A DNA stretch of 64,000 bases, from positions 19,341-83,340 of the forward strand of contig JBJEDC010000092.1 in NCBI GenBank assembly GCA_051871645.1, given 5' to 3'. The stretch is from Muribaculaceae bacterium (GTDB taxonomy: Bacteria > Bacteroidota > Bacteroidia > Bacteroidales > Muribaculaceae). Below are positions 60,238-64,000 of the stretch, piece by piece. The stretch's first letter is position 1. Every line of letters starts with the position of its first letter. The position numbers were made by a program, and so were the translations under genes. The notes beneath the pieces are model-generated. The model did not search any database. It was not told the DNA's origin and was given only the letters and a program-made list of their open reading frames with translations.

Positions 60238-61017
60238 TCAGTTGGCGAGGATGCACTGGACTTTGCCGACAGGGAGCTTGCCTTCGAGGCGTAAGGGGAT
60301 GCGGTTGGCGGAGGTGCTTATCCAGGCGTCCATGTCATCGGAAGTTTTTTTGCCGCCTTTGCCGGTGAAGACAAAGCGGATGTGATAAGCCTTGTGTTTC
60401 TTGCGGTTGACCTCGACCTCGGTGACACCCATGTATTTTATCGTCAGCGTCTCTTTCTCTTTGCCGGAGAAGATAGTGATGGTGTGGCTATGTCCCGATT
60501 TCCAGGTCTCGTAGGGGAGGGCGCGCATGTAGAAGAACGAGCTGAGCATGTCTACGGTGGTGCCGTTTGACTGCAGCTCGCGCTTCTCGTCGCGGACCTT
60601 GCGGCCTTTCTTGTCCCATTTCACGCGTGTACAGTGGCCGGTTACCAGGCCGTTGTCGTATTTGAAATGCACCTGGTCGAGCTTGCGCTCGTTCTTTTCG
60701 TGGGCGCGCTTGGTGTAGACATGGGGGCGCAGGTCCACGCGGCTTATCTCGCCGCTGAGGGTGTCGCGGACGCGGTAGATGTGGTCGGCCCAGGGCGCCG
60801 AAGCCGCCGTCAGCAGCAGCTTGTACCGTTCAGACGTGCCCTTGAGGGTGAGTGTGGCGGTGCCGGCCTGCTTGTTGATGAGGCCCCATTTGTACATCAC
60901 CTTGTAGTGCAGGCTCTCGTTGGCAAAGGACTTTGAGGATGCGTTGCCCGAGGCGTTTGCGGCCAGGGCAAGGCAGAAGAGGAGGGGGAGTATGAGTATT
61001 TTTTTGAGATTGTGCAT
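60238..61017 (-). CDS. DUF3108 family exported protein
   Basis: ESLHYKVMYKWGLI..AG.A; DMLSSFFYMR; WISTSANRIPLRLEGKLPVG. Confidence 0.85.
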   Translation of the reverse strand: MHNLKKILILPLLFCLALAANASGNASSKSFANESLHYKVMYKWGLINKQAGTATLTLKGTSERYKLLLTAASAPWADHIYRVRDTLSGEISRVDLRPHVYTKRAHEKNERKLDQVHFKYDNGLVTGHCTRVKWDKKGRKVRDEKRELQSNGTTVDMLSSFFYMRALPYETWKSGHSHTITIFSGKEKETLTIKYMGVTEVEVNRKKHKAYHIRFVFTGKGGKKTSDDMDAWISTSANRIPLRLEGKLPVGKVQCILAN

Positions 61018-61149
61018 ATTGTGAATTAAATTGTATCACCATATATGACGGACGGCGGCTCGAAAGGTTTAGAGCCGCCGCAGTAATGAGGTGTTAATAA
61101 AATAGAAATGAGCTGTGTTTAGCGGCGTGCCAGAATGTGCGATTTTAAT

Positions 61150-61230
61150 GATGTAGGGACATCGCTTTGCGATGTTAAGCCTGAAAAACAGCAGACTGGC
61201 CCAACATGCCAAAGGCATGTCCCTGCATTC
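61150..61230. repeat. REP-doublet copy 7
   Basis: GTAGGGACATCGCTTTGCGATGT...ACATGCCAAAGGCATGTCCCTGC, followed by flank ATTCAGGCTATTTTTACACA. Confidence 0.9.
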
Positions 61231-61249
61231 AGGCTATTTTTACACACCC

Positions 61250-63532
61250 TCACAGCGGCTGCTGGTTGGTGGAGAAACTTCGGTACTGCGAGGGTTTGAG
61301 GTTGAGCTTGCCGGAGGCGCGCAGCAGCTTGCGCAGCGAGGTTATGAACTCCTGGGTCTCCTGGAGGACGTTCAGACACACGTAGTAGACGGCCATGTTG
61401 CCGGCGTCGCCGCTCTGCAGCAGGGCGTAGACGTTGCGGGCCATGTAAGACAGTCGATCCTTGATGAAGCTGCAGCGGCTGCGCAGGCGGTCGATGGCTT
61501 CGGCATCGGCGGGGTCGGTGAGGGCGGCGTCGCCGAGGACCGATTTTATCTCATCACAGATCTTGCCCAGCGACTCGCCGAGGGCAGGGGGCAGGGGGCG
61601 AAAGTTGTTGTCGACGTGTTCCCTGCATACCTCGTTGATGTGCTTGAGGCTGTAGGTCATCGACATGGCCATGTTGTTGGCAAGGTGGAACCATGTACTC
61701 TTCTCGATGGCCGTGCCGGGGTCGGCATGGCGCATGCACAGCGTCATGCGGCGGCGTTCGGTCTTGATGACCTGTTTCTCGCCCGAAAGCGCTTTATCGC
61801 TTGATGACAGCAGTCGCGAGCTGTCTTCCATGAAGCCGCGGGCGACCTTGTCAAAACATTCGGCCGAGAAAGTCAGGAACTCCTTTTGTTTCTCGTTGAT
61901 GTAAACCATCATCAGCTTCCACACCTCCTGCGGGTCGCTGGAGGAGAGTATGGTCTGGAAGAGTGTGTCGTGCTCGGCTTCGGCGCGTTTGCGGCGGAAG
62001 CGTATGTTGCTGCGTATCAGCAGAACTATCGCCAGTACGCCGCCGGCAATCATGACGGGGATGCCGCCGAGGTGCATCAGCGTTGCCACCAGGCCGGCGC
62101 CTATGAAGGCCAGCGCGGCGGTGATAATCCAGCCGCCGATTACCGAAATCACGCCCGTGACACGGAAGACGGCGCTCTCGCGGCCCCATGCGCGGTCGGC
62201 CAGCGACGTGCCCATGGCCACCATGAAGGTGACGAAAGTAGTCGACAGCGGCAGACGCAGCGATGTGCCCACGGCGATGAGGATGGCGGCGAGCATGAGG
62301 TTTACCGAGGCACGCACAAGGTCGAAGGCGGCGCCGTTCTCCTCCTGCGTGATTTCCGAATTCATGCGGCGTTCAACCCAGTCGCGGACGCTCTGCGGAG
62401 TGCGTTTGTCCACCCAGCTGTTGGCGTTGATGGCGGCGCGCACCAGCTTGCGGCCGAGGCGCGACGAGCCGAACATCTCGTCGCCCTGCGACTGTGCGCT
62501 CAGGCCTACGGCCGTCTGTGTCACCTGTCGTGCCTTGCGCGATGTCGCCAGCGCCACAACCATTATGCCGCCGGCCCCGAGGAGGAAATAGAACGGCGTA
62601 TCGGCCGGGCCGTTGAGGGCTCCCATCATGTGTGCGTGGGGATCACCGCCGCCGGCGGCCACAAAGTCCTGATATGACTCCAGCGACGTGATGGGTACGC
62701 CCACGAAGTTGACGAGGTCGTTGCCGGCAAAGGCCATAGCCAGCGAGAATGTGCCCAACAGCACAATCATCTTGAAGACATTGACATGCAGGACGTAAAG
62801 CAGTTGCGACAGCAGGGTGAAGAACAGCAGCGAACTGCCGAGGATGAGCCATGTGTGGGTGTCAGTCCAGGTCTGTAGCTCAGGCGTCATTATCGTCAGG
62901 TCCTTGATGCCCTTGAGCAGCATGAAATAGACGATGGACGTGCAGGCTATGCCACCGAAAAGGCCGACTTTCCATTTGAGTTTGCTCTTGTATTCAAAGG
63001 TGAATATCAGACGCGTAAGGAACTGCACCACCGTGCCGAAGAAGAAGGCTATCGCCACCGACAGGAAGATGCCGATAATCACCGACAGTGCCTTTTCGGC
63101 GTTGAGCAGGTCGCCCATGCCGACGGTGTTTTCCGGACCGGCAATCTTGAAGAGGGCGATGATGAAGGTAGCACCGAGGAGCTCGAACACCAGCGAAACT
63201 GTTGTCGACGTGGGCATTCCCAGCGAGTTGAAGATGTCCAGAAGAATGATGTCGGTCACCATCACCGCCATAAAGATGGCTATAATGTCGTAGAACGACA
63301 GATTTTCGGGACGGAACATGCCGTGGCGCGCGATGTCCATCATGCCGTTGCTCATGATGGCGCCGATGAAGACGCCGATTGCGGCGACGCCGATGACGGT
63401 CTTGAACGAAGCGGCTCGGGCGCCGATAGCCGACGACAGGAAATTTACGGCGTCATTGCTGACACCGACGGTGAGGTCGAAGATGGCAAGCAGAAACAGA
63501 AATACTACTAAGCCAAGGAAAACCAGGTCCAT
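61250..63532 (-). CDS. Inorganic phosphate transporter (PiT family) with PhoU-like C-terminus
   Basis: GVSNDAVN, GMPTSTT, AGNDLVN, LPLSTT. Confidence 0.9.
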   Translation of the reverse strand: MDLVFLGLVVFLFLLAIFDLTVGVSNDAVNFLSSAIGARAASFKTVIGVAAIGVFIGAIMSNGMMDIARHGMFRPENLSFYDIIAIFMAVMVTDIILLDIFNSLGMPTSTTVSLVFELLGATFIIALFKIAGPENTVGMGDLLNAEKALSVIIGIFLSVAIAFFFGTVVQFLTRLIFTFEYKSKLKWKVGLFGGIACTSIVYFMLLKGIKDLTIMTPELQTWTDTHTWLILGSSLLFFTLLSQLLYVLHVNVFKMIVLLGTFSLAMAFAGNDLVNFVGVPITSLESYQDFVAAGGGDPHAHMMGALNGPADTPFYFLLGAGGIMVVALATSRKARQVTQTAVGLSAQSQGDEMFGSSRLGRKLVRAAINANSWVDKRTPQSVRDWVERRMNSEITQEENGAAFDLVRASVNLMLAAILIAVGTSLRLPLSTTFVTFMVAMGTSLADRAWGRESAVFRVTGVISVIGGWIITAALAFIGAGLVATLMHLGGIPVMIAGGVLAIVLLIRSNIRFRRKRAEAEHDTLFQTILSSSDPQEVWKLMMVYINEKQKEFLTFSAECFDKVARGFMEDSSRLLSSSDKALSGEKQVIKTERRRMTLCMRHADPGTAIEKSTWFHLANNMAMSMTYSLKHINEVCREHVDNNFRPLPPALGESLGKICDEIKSVLGDAALTDPADAEAIDRLRSRCSFIKDRLSYMARNVYALLQSGDAGNMAVYYVCLNVLQETQEFITSLRKLLRASGKLNLKPSQYRSFSTNQQPL

Positions 63533-63689
63533 AGCTGGATGTTAGTTTGTAAATACAGTTTTATGTTAGAGCTATTTATGTATGGAGCGGGTATATATAA
63601 GGGCGCAGGTCTCGAAATCAGAACAGAGCAATTGGGAAAATTCGGGACTTGCTTTTGTTGTAAACGTATGGGATGGGGTTATTGTTAGC

Positions 63690-64000
63690 TCAGGCGTGCG
63701 TAATGTCCGTGTCGGGCTCGTCGTCGATGAACTCGAGAGGCAGCGTATGGCGCGTGGCCTGCTCGATGCGCTTGTTGCGCCAGCATTTGCGGCAGACGGC
63801 CACATACAGCTCGTCGCCGCCTATTTCCACCTGGGCGCCCTCGTTGACAAAGTTGCCGGCGGAGTCGAGGCGGGCGTTGATAATGGTCTTGTTGCCGCAG
63901 TTGCAGGTGCTCTTTATCTCGTCGATGGTGTCGGCGATTTCAAAGAGACGCTTCGAGCCCTCGAAGAGGTGGCTGGTGAAGTCGGTGCGCAGGCCGTAGC
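63690..64000 (-). CDS. tdk: Thymidine kinase (3' part; start lies beyond the window)
   Basis: Manual translation YGLRTDFTSHLFEGSKRLFEIADTIDEIKSTCNCG...VEIGGDELYVAVCRKCW. Confidence 0.92.
   Translation of the reverse strand, partial: YGLRTDFTSHLFEGSKRLFEIADTIDEIKSTCNCGNKTIINARLDSAGNFVNEGAQVEIGGDELYVAVCRKCWRNKRIEQATRHTLPLEFIDDEPDTDITHA

Overview
A 64 kb chromosomal window from a high-GC Bacteroidales, most consistent with Muribaculaceae: TAnnTTTG -7 promoter boxes, short T9SS-type C-terminal tails, strong C-ending codon bias. It holds about 45 CDS. Housekeeping genes are rplS, pta-ackA, an NfnAB-like pair, greA, HIT, dusB, recJ, recQ and a partial tdk; there are also envelope and glycosylation genes. 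Four large proteins are predicted T9SS cargo: a 1889-aa peptidoglycan amidase, a 1174-aa beta-helix protein with a phage-RBP/TagC-like propeller, a CotH kinase and an endonuclease I. No rRNA, tRNA, CRISPR, integrase or transposase was seen. The clearest unexplained structure is a family of seven ~80-bp GTAG-tagged, heterodimeric double-hairpin elements (REP doublets/REPIN-like) with compensatory stem changes. Other leads are a leader-peptide/terminator attenuator upstream of a TonB receptor plus OB-fold lipoprotein pair, two candidate sRNAs, a secreted 31-Cys metallothionein-like protein, tandem operators at a low-GC AAA ATPase, and 9-bp and 39-bp degenerate intergenic arrays. All family assignments come from motif recognition by eye, with no database searches.
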